From: an uncultured Acidobacteriota bacterium
GTDB taxonomy: Bacteria > Acidobacteriota > Vicinamibacteria > Fen-336
Direction: 5' to 3'
Length of the DNA: 64,000 nt
Assembly: GCA_902826455.1 (NCBI GenBank)
Contig: CADEEV010000002.1
Span: 188,488-252,487, forward strand
Shown: piece after piece, positions 46,573 through 56,588 of the stretch
Layout of the letters: the number at the start of each line of letters is the position of its first letter
Position numbering within the stretch: the stretch's first letter is position 1
Program-made: the position numbers and the translations under genes
The notes under the pieces: generated by a model
Seen by the model: the letters and a program-made list of their open reading frames with translations, nothing else
Database searches by the model: none
What the model was told of the DNA's origin: nothing

Positions 46573-48795
46573 CTACGTCCCGACGCGGCCGAGGAGGAAG
46601 GGCTCCCGGCGCTCCACGCGGACGCCGCCGATCTGGTCTTCCACCTGCAGCACGAGCTCGTAGCTGCCCTCGGCCAGGCCGTCGAGGCCGAGGCCGAGCA
46701 CCCGGATCAGGCGTCCGCTCGCGTCCACCGCGATCGGCGTCGCCGCGGCCTGGCGCACGACCTCGCCGGCACCCGTCCGCAGCTCCAGTCCGGCGCTGAC
46801 CTTGCCGCCCGAGCCCGCCGCGCCGAAGACCTCGAACTGGCAGTAGAGCCCGCCCTTCGCCGGGAAGAGACGATGGGCGACGAGTGCCGGCCGGGGCTTG
46901 TCGCCGGCGTTCACCACCGGAGTGAGCTGGTCGCTGAGGATCGGCGTCGACAGGCGCAGGCCGCTCGGCTCGGCTATCTCGATGCGCTGCGTCACCGAGC
47001 CCACGGCTCCGCTCTGGACGTCGCGCGCCACCACCCGGACCTGGGTGATGCCCGGGGGCAGCTCGAACTCCCGGACGAGGGAGCGCCAGCCCGACGGGCC
47101 GGCGCCCTTCACGACCATCTCGGCCGTGTCGTCGTGCTTGAAGCCGCGGCCGGAGTCGCGATTCACCGCGACGGCGGTGACCTGCAGGTGGCCGACGCGC
47201 CCGTCGCCCTTGGGCGTCAGCTGCAGCCGGCTCGCGTCCACCTCGGCCGCGACCACGACGCGGGTCAGGCCGGCCTGGTTGGGCTCCATCTGGTAGGTCA
47301 TGGCGCGCAGCGGGATGCCCGCGAGGGGGTGCACCGTGTCGAGGGCGTGAGCCACGGCCGGAACGAGGTAGTCCTTGTCCTTCTCCTTGTCCTTCTTCTT
47401 CGCTTCCTTCTTCGCGTTCTCGGCCTGCTCCGAGCGCAGCGTGTAGCCGCGGCGCGCCCGGACCGTGAGGCCGGGACGGTTGACCTCGACCCGCAGCTTG
47501 CGCCAGCCGCGATCGTTCTTGCCGTCGGGAGGATAGAAGCCGAGCAGGTAGAACACGCGGGATTCGTCCGCCACGCGCGCGACGCCCGCGTCGAGGTCGT
47601 TCGTGTTGCGGATCGACGCGCCGCCGCTCTCCTCGGCGAGCGACTGGGTGCCCGCGTCGGACAGGTTGCGGGCCTCGAAGCCCATGGCCGAGCGGTCGCG
47701 GGGGTCCTCGAGGTCGCCGAAGCTGGCCGCGGTCTCGTGGTCGGCGGCGCCCGGCAGGCCCTTGACGTTGACGAAGTAGATGGCGGCGTTCGCGGCACGG
47801 GACGCCGCCACCAGGTCGCGCAGCTCGCGGCCCCCGTCGTCCACGTAGCCCTCGGACATCAGCAGGATCGACTTGCGCCCGCGGATCGGCGCCAGGGCGT
47901 CGATCTGGCGCCGCACCGCCTGGATCGTGAGCGCCATGCGCGAGCGCCGGCGGGAGTCCACCTCGACCGCGCGGTTGCGCACCATGCTCTCGCACACGCT
48001 CGCGAGGCAGACGTTGCGGTTCAGCCAGCGCTGGATCACGCGCGCCTTGGGGCCGCGCTGGCCGCCGGGGTTGTTGGCGTCGGCGCTCGACGTCGCGCGG
48101 GTGGGCAGCGTCTGCGCGCCGCCGGTGCCCGCCAGGGCGCCCTGGTTGCCGAAGGCGGGGCTGTCGTCGTGGTTCGCGATCCAGTAGCCCTCGTACTCCG
48201 ACATGTAGGCCATTTCCTGGGCCGACTCGTTGAGCCCGCGCAGGCGCTCGAGGATCGCGAGGAGGTCGGGCCGCCCCTCGGGAAGGCGCGCGCTCCAGAA
48301 GGCGCTGCCGCTGGTGGTCGCGAGGGTGACCTCGTCGCCGTTGCGCAGGGACTTCTCGAGGAACGCCGCGAGGGCCTGGCGCGTGGGCTGCGTGAAGGGC
48401 GCCGCGATGCCGGCGTCGTCCACCACGATGCCGAAGATGCGCCCCGGACCGACCGGGGTCTCGTTCGTCGCCACCGCGTTCGCGGCGCTCGCGGTCGCGG
48501 CCGCCGCGTCGGGCTCCGCCGGAGCCGCGAAGGCCTCGAAGCTCGCGACCGACTGCGGCTTGCCGTCCTCCTTCACCACGAAGTCGTCCTTCGTCAGGCC
48601 GGAGACGGGGCGGCCGGCCTCGTCGACCACGACCGCGTCGACCGTGATGAGCTCGACCTCCGAAGCGAACGACGGGACTTGCTGTTGGGGCGCCGAAGTG
48701 GCGCCCTGGGGCGTCGCGACGGACAGGAGCAGCAGCGGCAGGAGCGTTCGATTCAGGGGCATGATCACCGTCCGGGAAGAGCGAAGAAGACGCAT
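46573..48795 (-). CDS. Secreted VWA-domain protein (VWFA-related acidobacterial family), copy 3.
   Basis: 'VELITVDAVVVDEAGRPVSGLTKDDFVVKEDGKPQSV' N-domain as in copies 1 and 2. Signal peptide; the start could be the ATG at 48795 or at 48762. Confidence 0.82.
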   Translation of the reverse strand: MRLLRSSRTVIMPLNRTLLPLLLLSVATPQGATSAPQQQVPSFASEVELITVDAVVVDEAGRPVSGLTKDDFVVKEDGKPQSVASFEAFAAPAEPDAAAATASAANAVATNETPVGPGRIFGIVVDDAGIAAPFTQPTRQALAAFLEKSLRNGDEVTLATTSGSAFWSARLPEGRPDLLAILERLRGLNESAQEMAYMSEYEGYWIANHDDSPAFGNQGALAGTGGAQTLPTRATSSADANNPGGQRGPKARVIQRWLNRNVCLASVCESMVRNRAVEVDSRRRSRMALTIQAVRRQIDALAPIRGRKSILLMSEGYVDDGGRELRDLVAASRAANAAIYFVNVKGLPGAADHETAASFGDLEDPRDRSAMGFEARNLSDAGTQSLAEESGGASIRNTNDLDAGVARVADESRVFYLLGFYPPDGKNDRGWRKLRVEVNRPGLTVRARRGYTLRSEQAENAKKEAKKKDKEKDKDYLVPAVAHALDTVHPLAGIPLRAMTYQMEPNQAGLTRVVVAAEVDASRLQLTPKGDGRVGHLQVTAVAVNRDSGRGFKHDDTAEMVVKGAGPSGWRSLVREFELPPGITQVRVVARDVQSGAVGSVTQRIEIAEPSGLRLSTPILSDQLTPVVNAGDKPRPALVAHRLFPAKGGLYCQFEVFGAAGSGGKVSAGLELRTGAGEVVRQAAATPIAVDASGRLIRVLGLGLDGLAEGSYELVLQVEDQIGGVRVERREPFLLGRVGT

Positions 48796-49004
48796 CGATA
48801 CCCTATCACGGGGGCTCTTATTAAATACGTCTTCGAAAGTTTCGCGGCCGCCGCGACGCGCCTCTACTCGTTGGCCTGGATGCATTTCGCCTTGCTGGGC
48901 GCGGTCGTTCGTATACCTTATTCATTGACGAGCCTGCGCGTGGGACGCTAGTCTCACTGGACTTCCCTTACAGAATTGACCGAAGTCCTGAGGAGATCCC
49001 CGAG

Positions 49005-51959
49005 ATGAAACGTTCGCCTTTCCTGGCGCTGCTGCTCGTCCTGTTCGCCGGCAGCGCCTCCGCCCAGGCGACCGCCACGCTGCGCGGCCGCGTCACGGAT
49101 TCGCAGGACGCCGTCATCGCCGGCGCGACGGTCACAGCGCGCCAGGCCGACACCGGCATCGAGCGCGAGACGACGAGCGACGCGCGCGGCAGCTTCGTGC
49201 TCTCCGACCTGAAGCCGGGCGCCTACGTGCTGCGCGCCAAGGCCGCGGGCTTCGCGGAGCGCGAGTACAAGGCCCTGACCCTGCAGGTGGGCCAGTACTC
49301 CGAGGTGAACCTGGCCCTGCTCGTGGCGAAGCTGAGCGACAAGGTCGAGGTCGAGGCGAACCCCCTGGCCGTGCAGGACCTCACGTCGGTCGTGGGCAGC
49401 GTCCTCGGGTCCGACAAGATCGAGCAGATGCCGCTGAACGGCCGCAACTTCCTCGAGCTCGCGTTCCTCGTCCCCGGCAACGCCCCCGCCCCGAACTTCG
49501 ACCCGACCAAGTCCAACTCGGTCGTGGTCTCGTCGGCGGGCCAGCTCGGCCGCGGCGGCAACATCACCGTGGACGGCGCCGACAACAACGACGACGTCGT
49601 GGGCGGCACGCTCCAGAACCTGCCCCAGGACGCGATCCAGGAATTCCAGATCGCCACCAGCCGCTTCTCGGCCGAGGTGGGCCGCTCCGCCGGCTCGGCG
49701 ATCAACGTCGTGACCCGCTCCGGCGGCGACGAGTGGAAGGGCAGCGCGGCGTTCTACCTGCGCGACGACGCGCTCCAGAGCCTGCCGGCCACGTTCGACG
49801 AGTCGGTGAGCGAAGCGCCCGACTTCAGCCGCAAGCAGTACGCGCTCTCCGTCGGCGGCCCGCTCGTGAAGGGCAAGCTGTTCTGGTTCGGCGCCGCCGA
49901 GTACCGCGACCAGGACGGCGCCACCCTCGTCGGCCGCCGCGACGCCGCGGCCCGCCGCTTCCTGATCGACCTCGCCAAGGCCCCGCTCACCGACTTCCTC
50001 GGCACGACGCGCCTCGACTGGACGCCGAACGACAGCGACCGCGTGAGCTTCCGGTACTCGATCGAGAACGCCGACGACACGGGCGCCAGCACCCTCGACC
50101 GGGCCCTGGGCTCGGCCTCGCAGCGCCAGCAGAGCGAGAACAAGTACCACTCGGTCCTCGGCACCTGGACCCACATCCTCGGTCCCCGCGCCGCGAACAC
50201 CCTGAACGTCCACTACAACCGCTTCCGCAACACGATCGTGCCCGTGGGCTCGGGCCCGCAGCTCACCTATCCGAGCTTCCAGGACGGCACCTCGTTCCGC
50301 GTCCCCCAGGGCACCGACCAGGACCGCTTCCAGGTCACGGACAGCGTCTCCCTCGCGCTGGGCAACCACGGCCTGCGCTTCGGCGGCGAGATCCAGAAGG
50401 TCAAGGGCGACTTCCACCTCGGCGTGTTCCGCGCGGGCCGCGTCGAGTACGTCCAGGACTTCCCGGCCTACGACGTGAACGGCGACGGCGCCGTCGACGA
50501 CGACGACCTGCTCTTCGCCGTCACGCTGCGCAGCGGCTTCCCCGATCGTGACCTCGATCTCGTCAACTGCGACAGCACCCACTTCGCCGGCTTCGTGCAG
50601 GACGACTGGCGCGTCAGCCGGCAGCTCACGCTGAACGTCGGGCTGCGCTACGAGTTCGACACCAACGTGAAGAACGTGAGCGGCTACGGCGACGTGAACC
50701 CGATCGTGCAGTCCTTCTACAAGGGCGACCGCAAGAAGGACATGAACAACTTCGGCCCCCGCATCGGCTTCAACTGGGCGAACAAGCGTGGCGACCTGAG
50801 CTTCCACGGCGGCTACGGCATCTACTACGACCGCGTCACCCTCGAGATCATCTCCCTCGAGCGCGGTCTCGACGGCCGGGCCCTGCCGATCGAGGTGCGG
50901 GCCGGCAACCTGCTGTTCCTCGATCCCAACACCGGCCAGGCGCCGCCCTTCGCGCCCAGCACGTCGAACCCGTTCACGGGCTTCATCCTGCCCGGCGCCG
51001 GCGCCTCGGGCATCAACATCATCGACAACTCGCTGCAGAACCCGTCGGTGCAACAGTTCAACCTGGGCTTCGAGAAGAAGATCGGCCGCGACCTGGTGCT
51101 GCGCGTCGACGGCGTCCACGCCCTGGGCTCGCACTTCATCATCGGCCGCACGGTCGGCGAGGTCTTCAACCCCGTCGTGGGCGGTCCCGACCGCGTCGTG
51201 AACCTGGAGTCGAGCGTCGGCACGCGCTACGACGGCCTGCTCGTGGCGGCCGAGAAGCGCATCGGCCAGAAGCACTGGCTGCGCCTGGCCTACACCCTGG
51301 CCTCGGCGAAGAACTACGCGAACGACGACCAGATCCCGTTCTCGAACGGCCCCCTCGACCCGAACGACCTCGAGCGCGAGTACGGTCCGACGCCGAACGA
51401 CCAGCGCCACCGCTTCACGTTCTCGGGCTCCTTCGGCCTGCCCTGGCAGCTGCGCCTGTCGCCCCTCGTGACCCTGGCCTCGGCCGTGCCGATGGACATC
51501 CTGATGCCCGACGCCCAGACCCGCATCCCGACCATCGATCGCAACTCGGGCGGTCGGCGCTTCAAGACCGCGGCGGACCTGAACGCGTTCATCACCCAGA
51601 CCAACGCCGGCGGTGGCATCGACGGCGTGCTGCTGCCGCTCGTCTCGAGCTCGGCGCGCTTCGGCGACAGCTTCAAGTCGGTCGACCTGCGCCTCTCGCG
51701 CACCTTCAAGCTGGGCTCGACGCTCAGCCTCGAGGCGCTGGCCGAGGCCTTCAACGTCTTCAACACGACCAACATCCTCGGCACCAACGTGAAGAACTAC
51801 TCGGGCTACCGCAACGTGCTGGTGCGCGACAGCGAGAACCCGGCCAACCCGGGCTACTTCACGTCCTCGAGCTTCGGAAAGCCGGTCACGACGGCCGGCG
51901 GCGTGTTCGGCTCGGGTGGCCCCCGCGCGGTGCAGCTCGGCGTCCGCCTGAACTTCTAG
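49005..51959 (+). CDS. TonB-dependent outer-membrane receptor with an N-terminal carboxypeptidase-regulatory-like domain.
   Basis: Signal peptide. 'LRGRVTDSQDAVIAGATVTA' CarboxypepD_reg domain. Plug 'QMPLNGRNFLELAFLVPG'. C-terminal 'VRLNF'. Confidence 0.9.
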   Translation: MKRSPFLALLLVLFAGSASAQATATLRGRVTDSQDAVIAGATVTARQADTGIERETTSDARGSFVLSDLKPGAYVLRAKAAGFAEREYKALTLQVGQYSEVNLALLVAKLSDKVEVEANPLAVQDLTSVVGSVLGSDKIEQMPLNGRNFLELAFLVPGNAPAPNFDPTKSNSVVVSSAGQLGRGGNITVDGADNNDDVVGGTLQNLPQDAIQEFQIATSRFSAEVGRSAGSAINVVTRSGGDEWKGSAAFYLRDDALQSLPATFDESVSEAPDFSRKQYALSVGGPLVKGKLFWFGAAEYRDQDGATLVGRRDAAARRFLIDLAKAPLTDFLGTTRLDWTPNDSDRVSFRYSIENADDTGASTLDRALGSASQRQQSENKYHSVLGTWTHILGPRAANTLNVHYNRFRNTIVPVGSGPQLTYPSFQDGTSFRVPQGTDQDRFQVTDSVSLALGNHGLRFGGEIQKVKGDFHLGVFRAGRVEYVQDFPAYDVNGDGAVDDDDLLFAVTLRSGFPDRDLDLVNCDSTHFAGFVQDDWRVSRQLTLNVGLRYEFDTNVKNVSGYGDVNPIVQSFYKGDRKKDMNNFGPRIGFNWANKRGDLSFHGGYGIYYDRVTLEIISLERGLDGRALPIEVRAGNLLFLDPNTGQAPPFAPSTSNPFTGFILPGAGASGINIIDNSLQNPSVQQFNLGFEKKIGRDLVLRVDGVHALGSHFIIGRTVGEVFNPVVGGPDRVVNLESSVGTRYDGLLVAAEKRIGQKHWLRLAYTLASAKNYANDDQIPFSNGPLDPNDLEREYGPTPNDQRHRFTFSGSFGLPWQLRLSPLVTLASAVPMDILMPDAQTRIPTIDRNSGGRRFKTAADLNAFITQTNAGGGIDGVLLPLVSSSARFGDSFKSVDLRLSRTFKLGSTLSLEALAEAFNVFNTTNILGTNVKNYSGYRNVLVRDSENPANPGYFTSSSFGKPVTTAGGVFGSGGPRAVQLGVRLNF

Positions 51960-51963
51960 CAGG

Positions 51964-53292
51964 GTGTCCGCTCCCGGGGCGGCCCTCGAGCGCCGGTTGG
52001 GGCTCGGGGCCGCCGTCGCACTCGTCGTCGGCGAGGTCATCGGCGTGGGGATCTTCCTCACCCCCGCCGAGATGGCGAAGGGCCTCGGCTCGCCGTTCTG
52101 GCTGCTCGTCGTGTGGCTGTTCGTGGGCGCCACCGCCTTCTGCGGCGCGCTCTGCTACGGGGAGCTCGCCGCGCGCTTCCCGGAGGCCGGCGGCGGCTAC
52201 GTCTACCTGCGGGAGGCCTGGGGCCCGGGCTTCGCGTTCCTGTACGGCTGGAAGTGCCTGCTCGTCATGGACCCCGGCCTCACGGCGGCGCTCGGCGCCG
52301 GCGTCGCCGAGTACCTGGCGTACCTGGTGCCGCTCCCGCCCGCGGCGCTCAAGCTGGTCGCGATCGGCGTGATCCTGCTCCTCGCCACGGTCAACGCCCT
52401 CGGTGCGCGCTGGGGCGCCGGCCTGCTGACGCTGCTCACGGTCGCGAAGATCGTCCTGCTCGGCACGCTCATCCTCTGGGGCTTCGCGTCGGGACGCGGC
52501 GACTTCGGCCACTTCGTGCCCTTCGTCGCGCAGCGCGAGGGATCGGGCTCGCTCGTGGGGGGTCTCGCCGGAGGCCTGATCGCCGCCTTCTTCTCCTACG
52601 GGGGCTTCTGGGACGTCTCGAAGCTCGCGGGCGAGGTCAAGGATCCGGGCCGGGTCCTGCCCCGCGCCCTGGCCCTGGGCGTCGCGATCGTGACGCTCGT
52701 CTACATCCTGACGAGCGCCGTGTTCCTCTATCTCGTGCCCTTCGAGGGGACCGCCAGCGGCTCGGCGTTCCTCGCCACGGCGGGGGAGCTGATGTTCGGC
52801 CCCACCGGTGGCCGCGTGTTCGCGGCGATCGTGCTCGTGGCCGTGCTCGGGAGCATGGCCGCGTTCCTGATGGCGGCGCCGCGGGTCTACTACGCGATGG
52901 CGAAGGACGGGCTGTTCCTGCGCGGGATGGCCGCGGTGCACCCGCGCTTCGGGACGCCGGTGCGCGCGATCGCCGTGCAGGCCGTCCTGGGCTCGATCCT
53001 GCTGGCCCTCGGCTCGTTCGGCGAGATCGTCGCGTACTTCGTGTTCGTGACCCTGTGCTTCATCGCCCTGACCGTGGCCGGGCTCTACCGCCTGCCGCGG
53101 CCGGCGGCCGGGACGTTCCGGGTGCCCGGCTACCCGGTGACGCCCATCGGCTTCCTCGTGCTGCTGGGCCTGCTGCTCCTGCTGCTCGGCGCCGGCCGGC
53201 CGACCCAGGCGGCGGCCGGCGTCGCCGTCATGCTGCTCGGCGTGCCGGTCTATCGCTTCTGGGTCCTGCCGCGCCGGCGGGACGAGGACTAG
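51964..53292 (+). CDS. APC-family amino acid permease.
   Basis: GTG at 51964. 'GVGIFLTP' and 12-TM APC-like sequence. Confidence 0.85.
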   Translation: MSAPGAALERRLGLGAAVALVVGEVIGVGIFLTPAEMAKGLGSPFWLLVVWLFVGATAFCGALCYGELAARFPEAGGGYVYLREAWGPGFAFLYGWKCLLVMDPGLTAALGAGVAEYLAYLVPLPPAALKLVAIGVILLLATVNALGARWGAGLLTLLTVAKIVLLGTLILWGFASGRGDFGHFVPFVAQREGSGSLVGGLAGGLIAAFFSYGGFWDVSKLAGEVKDPGRVLPRALALGVAIVTLVYILTSAVFLYLVPFEGTASGSAFLATAGELMFGPTGGRVFAAIVLVAVLGSMAAFLMAAPRVYYAMAKDGLFLRGMAAVHPRFGTPVRAIAVQAVLGSILLALGSFGEIVAYFVFVTLCFIALTVAGLYRLPRPAAGTFRVPGYPVTPIGFLVLLGLLLLLLGAGRPTQAAAGVAVMLLGVPVYRFWVLPRRRDED

Positions 53293-53924
53293 ACGCCGCG
53301 CTTGCGGTAGACGACCGACCGAAGCAGTCCGCCGGCGCGTCTGGTGGTCACGACCGGATCGAGCCGCACTACCGCGAAGGCCCGGTCGAAGTCGGGCAGG
53401 CGGCGGGCCGCGATGCCGCAGGTCGCCCGGAAGAAGGCGTACAGCGCCCGCACCACGCCGCGCCGCAGGCTTCGCGGCCAGCCGGGTCCGTCGACCGAGA
53501 AGTCGCCGAAGAGCCAGCTGCCCCCCGGCACGAGGGCCGCGTCGAGGCGCCGCACGATCGCCTCGAGCTCCGCCTCCGAGAACAGGTCGAGGAAGCAGTG
53601 GGTGACGACGAGGTCGAAACGCTCGAGAGGGCCGAGGCTCTCGATTCCGCCTGTCCGCAGCTGCACGCGACCCGCCAGGGAGCCGAGGCGGGCCGCGGCG
53701 CGCCGGTTCATGGCGGCCGAGGCGTCGAGGGACACGACACGGTCCACGAGGCCGCTCTCCAGGAGCTCCACGAGGAAGCGGCCCGTCCCTCCGCCCACGA
53801 CGAGCGCCCGCGGGCAGCGGGGAAGGCGCGGGAGCAGCTCGACCTGGCTCGCGTGGATGCGGCCCGCGAAGGCGACGCCGGCCAGCACGTCGTACACGGG
53901 AGCGAGGCGGTCGAATCCGCTCAC
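53289..53924 (-). CDS. Class I SAM-dependent methyltransferase.
   Basis: GTG at 53924 overlaps the upstream TGA. 'ALVVGGGTGRF' SAM motif I. Confidence 0.78.
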   Translation of the reverse strand: MSGFDRLAPVYDVLAGVAFAGRIHASQVELLPRLPRCPRALVVGGGTGRFLVELLESGLVDRVVSLDASAAMNRRAAARLGSLAGRVQLRTGGIESLGPLERFDLVVTHCFLDLFSEAELEAIVRRLDAALVPGGSWLFGDFSVDGPGWPRSLRRGVVRALYAFFRATCGIAARRLPDFDRAFAVVRLDPVVTTRRAGGLLRSVVYRKRGV

Positions 53925-54730
53925 GGCAGGAGCCGCGGCAGCGCTCCCAGGAGGAAGGCGCCGTCGCTCCAGGCCCGATACCGCTCGTCGCGGCCGAACC
54001 AGCCCTGGCCCAGGAGCAGTCCGGCCGGCGTCGCGATCAGGACCGCGAGCACGGCGAAGACCGCCCGCTCGGGAGGCGGTGCGGCCCAGGCGAGCGCGAT
54101 CGCCGCGAGCCCGCCCCCGAGGGTGGTCGCGTAGACGCAGGCACGGGCGCGCTCCAGGCCCCAGGCGAGCGCCAGGGAGCGACTCGACTGTTCGCGGTCG
54201 ACCGGCGCCTCGAAGATCCCGAGCACCAGCAGGTTCAGGAAGGCGGCCAGGCCGTGGAGACCCGCGGCCGCCAGGGGCCAGGCCCCGTGCGGTGTCCCGA
54301 CCAGCAGCGGCCCGCCCCAGAGGCCCGCGGCGTACAGCACGGCCGCGACGGGCTCCTTCGCCAGCGAGGCGAGCAGGGCGCCCTGGGCCGAGACGAGGTA
54401 GAGCAGGACGCCCAGTGCCAGGCCGAACCCGAACGCCTGCACCGTGGGCCGCAGCGCACAGGCGGCCGCGAGGCCCACTCCGCCGACGACCGCGAGAGCC
54501 CTCGCGAGCCCCTGGAAGTGGCGGTGGTGGAAGCGGTGACGGAACGTGTGCAGCCGGGCGGCGCCGCACACGTCGAGCAGGTGGTCGGCCGTGTAGATGC
54601 ACCAGACCGCCGCCAGCAATGCGATCCACCAGGCGGGGCGCATCCGCGCGCCCGTCGCGTGCTCGGCCAGCAGGCCCCCGCAGGCCGCGCCCGCCACCAC
54701 GTCGAGGCTCAGGGCGCGCAGCACCCGCAT
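53921..54730 (-). CDS. Polytopic membrane protein (possible UbiA-like prenyltransferase fold).
   Basis: 269 aa and very hydrophobic. 'YTADHLLD' Asp-rich motif. Coupled to the downstream methyltransferase. Confidence 0.6.
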   Translation of the reverse strand: MRVLRALSLDVVAGAACGGLLAEHATGARMRPAWWIALLAAVWCIYTADHLLDVCGAARLHTFRHRFHHRHFQGLARALAVVGGVGLAAACALRPTVQAFGFGLALGVLLYLVSAQGALLASLAKEPVAAVLYAAGLWGGPLLVGTPHGAWPLAAAGLHGLAAFLNLLVLGIFEAPVDREQSSRSLALAWGLERARACVYATTLGGGLAAIALAWAAPPPERAVFAVLAVLIATPAGLLLGQGWFGRDERYRAWSDGAFLLGALPRLLP

Positions 54731-54733
54731 GGC

Positions 54734-56539
54734 TCAGGCGCCGGTGGGCGTCGAGGTCCGGCCCCGGCCCGGAAAGAACAGGTCGAGGGCGTTCACGCGC
54801 TCGCGTCGCCGCTCCGCTTCGAGGTTGAGGGCCCGTGCCTTCAGCAGGTCCTCGAGGGAGATGAGGCCGACCAGGCCCTCCTCCTCCGAGACCACGGGAA
54901 GCCGCGTGTGGCCCGTTTCCGCCATCCGGTAGACCACGACGCGCAGGGGCTCGTCGGGCCTCGCCACGACGACCGGGCCGGCCGCGGCTTCGCCCAGGCT
55001 CTGGCCGGCCGCGCCGCGCGCGGCGCGCTCCAGGAGCACCGCGCGGCTCGCGACGCCCACCAGGCGGCCGTCGTCCACGATGGGATAGAGGCGCTGGCCG
55101 CGGGCCGTGTCGCCGTGGAGCGTCTGGGCCAGCTCGCCCAGGCGCGTCGCGGCCGGGAGCGCCACGACCTTCGTGCGCATCACTTCGCGCACGAACAGGA
55201 TCTCGAGGGGATCGACGGCGTACTCACGGCTCAGGTGGTAGCCGCGGCGGCTCACCTTCTCGGTGAGGATCGAGCGCCGCAGGGTCAGCACCGTGAACGC
55301 GTGGGCGATCGTCGACGCCACGAGCAGCGGCAGCAGCACGTTGACGTCGTGGGTCAGCTCCAGGGCGAACACGATGCCCGTGAGCGGCGAGCGCATCGTG
55401 CCGCCGAGGATCGCGCCCATGCTGACGAGAGGCCAGAAGCCGGCGCCGGCATCGGGCAGCACGCGGGCCTCGAGCCCGCCCATGGCGGCGCCCATCATCA
55501 ACAGGGGAGCGAGCACGCCTCCGGAGGTCCCCGAGCCCAGGGAGACCGCCCAGATCGTGGACTTGATCAGCAGCACGCCGAGGATCAGCCGCGCCGGGGC
55601 GTCGCCCTGCAGGAGCTGCTCGATCACGTCGTAGCCCACGCCGAGCGCCTGGGGGAACACGAGGCCGCCGAGGCCGATCGCGAGCCCTCCCAGGGCGGGC
55701 CACCACATCCAGTGGATCGGGAGCCGGGCGAAGGCGTCCTCGGCCGCGTACACGGCCTGGGTCAGCAGCAACGCCAGCACGCCGGCCATCACCCCCGCGA
55801 GGACGCAGCCGGCGAGACCCCCGGGGCCGATGAACAGCGCGTGGGGCGGGACCGCGAAGATCGGGCCCAGGCCCATGAGGTAGCGGCGGGCCGCCGCGGC
55901 CGTGGCGCTCGCCAGGGCGACCGGCACGAAGCTGCGCGGCTTCCATTCGAAGAGCAGCAGCTCGACCGCGAGCAGCGTCGCGGCCACGGGAGCCGCGAAG
56001 GTCGCGGACATGCCGGCCGCGGCGCCGGCGACCATCAGGGTGCGGCGCTCCGCGCTCGTCAGGTGGATGAGCTGCGCCACCATGGAGCCGAAGGCGCCCC
56101 CCGTCATGATGATCGGGCCCTCGGCGCCGAAGGGCCCGCCGGAGCCGATGGAGATCGCGGCCGACAGCGGCTTCAGCAGCGCCACCTTCGGCTCGACCCG
56201 GCCGCCCTTCAACAGGATCGCCTCGATCGCCTCGGGGATGCCGTGGCCGCGGATCCGGTCGGAGCCGTAGCGCGCCATGACGCCGATCGCGAGGGCGCCG
56301 ACCACCGGCACGAGGACCACGAAGCCACCCAGGTGATGGCCCTCGGGCGTCACGAGGTCGGTGCTGAAGCGCTGGAAGAAGAACAGGTTCGTGAAGAGCC
56401 CGATGAGACGGCTCAAGGCGAGGGCCACGATCGCGCTCAGGCCCCCGATGCCCACGGCGAGGGCGGAGACGGGGAGGACCCGGGCCGTGGTGGTGAAGTC
56501 GCCCAGTTCCTCGGAGGCCGGTCGTGTCGGAGCGGTCAA
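54734..56539 (-). CDS. ClC-family chloride channel/antiporter with two C-terminal CBS domains.
   Basis: 'GSGGPFGAEGP', 'GIPE', 'GTSGGVLAPLLM' ClC selectivity motifs, then CBS pair. Start uncertain: TTG at 56539 or GTG at 56557. Confidence 0.85.
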   Translation of the reverse strand: MTAPTRPASEELGDFTTTARVLPVSALAVGIGGLSAIVALALSRLIGLFTNLFFFQRFSTDLVTPEGHHLGGFVVLVPVVGALAIGVMARYGSDRIRGHGIPEAIEAILLKGGRVEPKVALLKPLSAAISIGSGGPFGAEGPIIMTGGAFGSMVAQLIHLTSAERRTLMVAGAAAGMSATFAAPVAATLLAVELLLFEWKPRSFVPVALASATAAAARRYLMGLGPIFAVPPHALFIGPGGLAGCVLAGVMAGVLALLLTQAVYAAEDAFARLPIHWMWWPALGGLAIGLGGLVFPQALGVGYDVIEQLLQGDAPARLILGVLLIKSTIWAVSLGSGTSGGVLAPLLMMGAAMGGLEARVLPDAGAGFWPLVSMGAILGGTMRSPLTGIVFALELTHDVNVLLPLLVASTIAHAFTVLTLRRSILTEKVSRRGYHLSREYAVDPLEILFVREVMRTKVVALPAATRLGELAQTLHGDTARGQRLYPIVDDGRLVGVASRAVLLERAARGAAGQSLGEAAAGPVVVARPDEPLRVVVYRMAETGHTRLPVVSEEEGLVGLISLEDLLKARALNLEAERRRERVNALDLFFPGRGRTSTPTGA

Positions 56540-56540
56540 G

Positions 56541-56561
56541 ACGATATATCGTAGCACGATA
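56541..56561. promoter_or_regulatory. Overlapping palindromes built from ACGAT/ATCGT half-sites. Candidate MarR operator in the divergent ClC/MarR spacer.
   Basis: 'ACGATATATCGT' (perfect 12-bp palindrome) and 'TATCGTagcACGATA' in the A/T-richer 49-nt spacer between divergent genes. Confidence 0.45.
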
Positions 56562-56588
56562 CAAAAGGGATGAGGATAGACTGGCGCC

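Noticed and set aside
48886-49004. A possible cobalamin riboswitch upstream of the TonB-dependent receptor.
   Set aside because: I found no recognisable B12-box (GCCACTG-like core) or conserved riboswitch stems. The spacer is likely just a divergent promoter region with a GAGGAG RBS.
48954-52133. A 1,059-aa minus-strand ORF antisense to the TonB-dependent receptor.
   Set aside because: It is antisense to a gene with a clear signal peptide, plug and C-terminal Phe. Its translation is low complexity.
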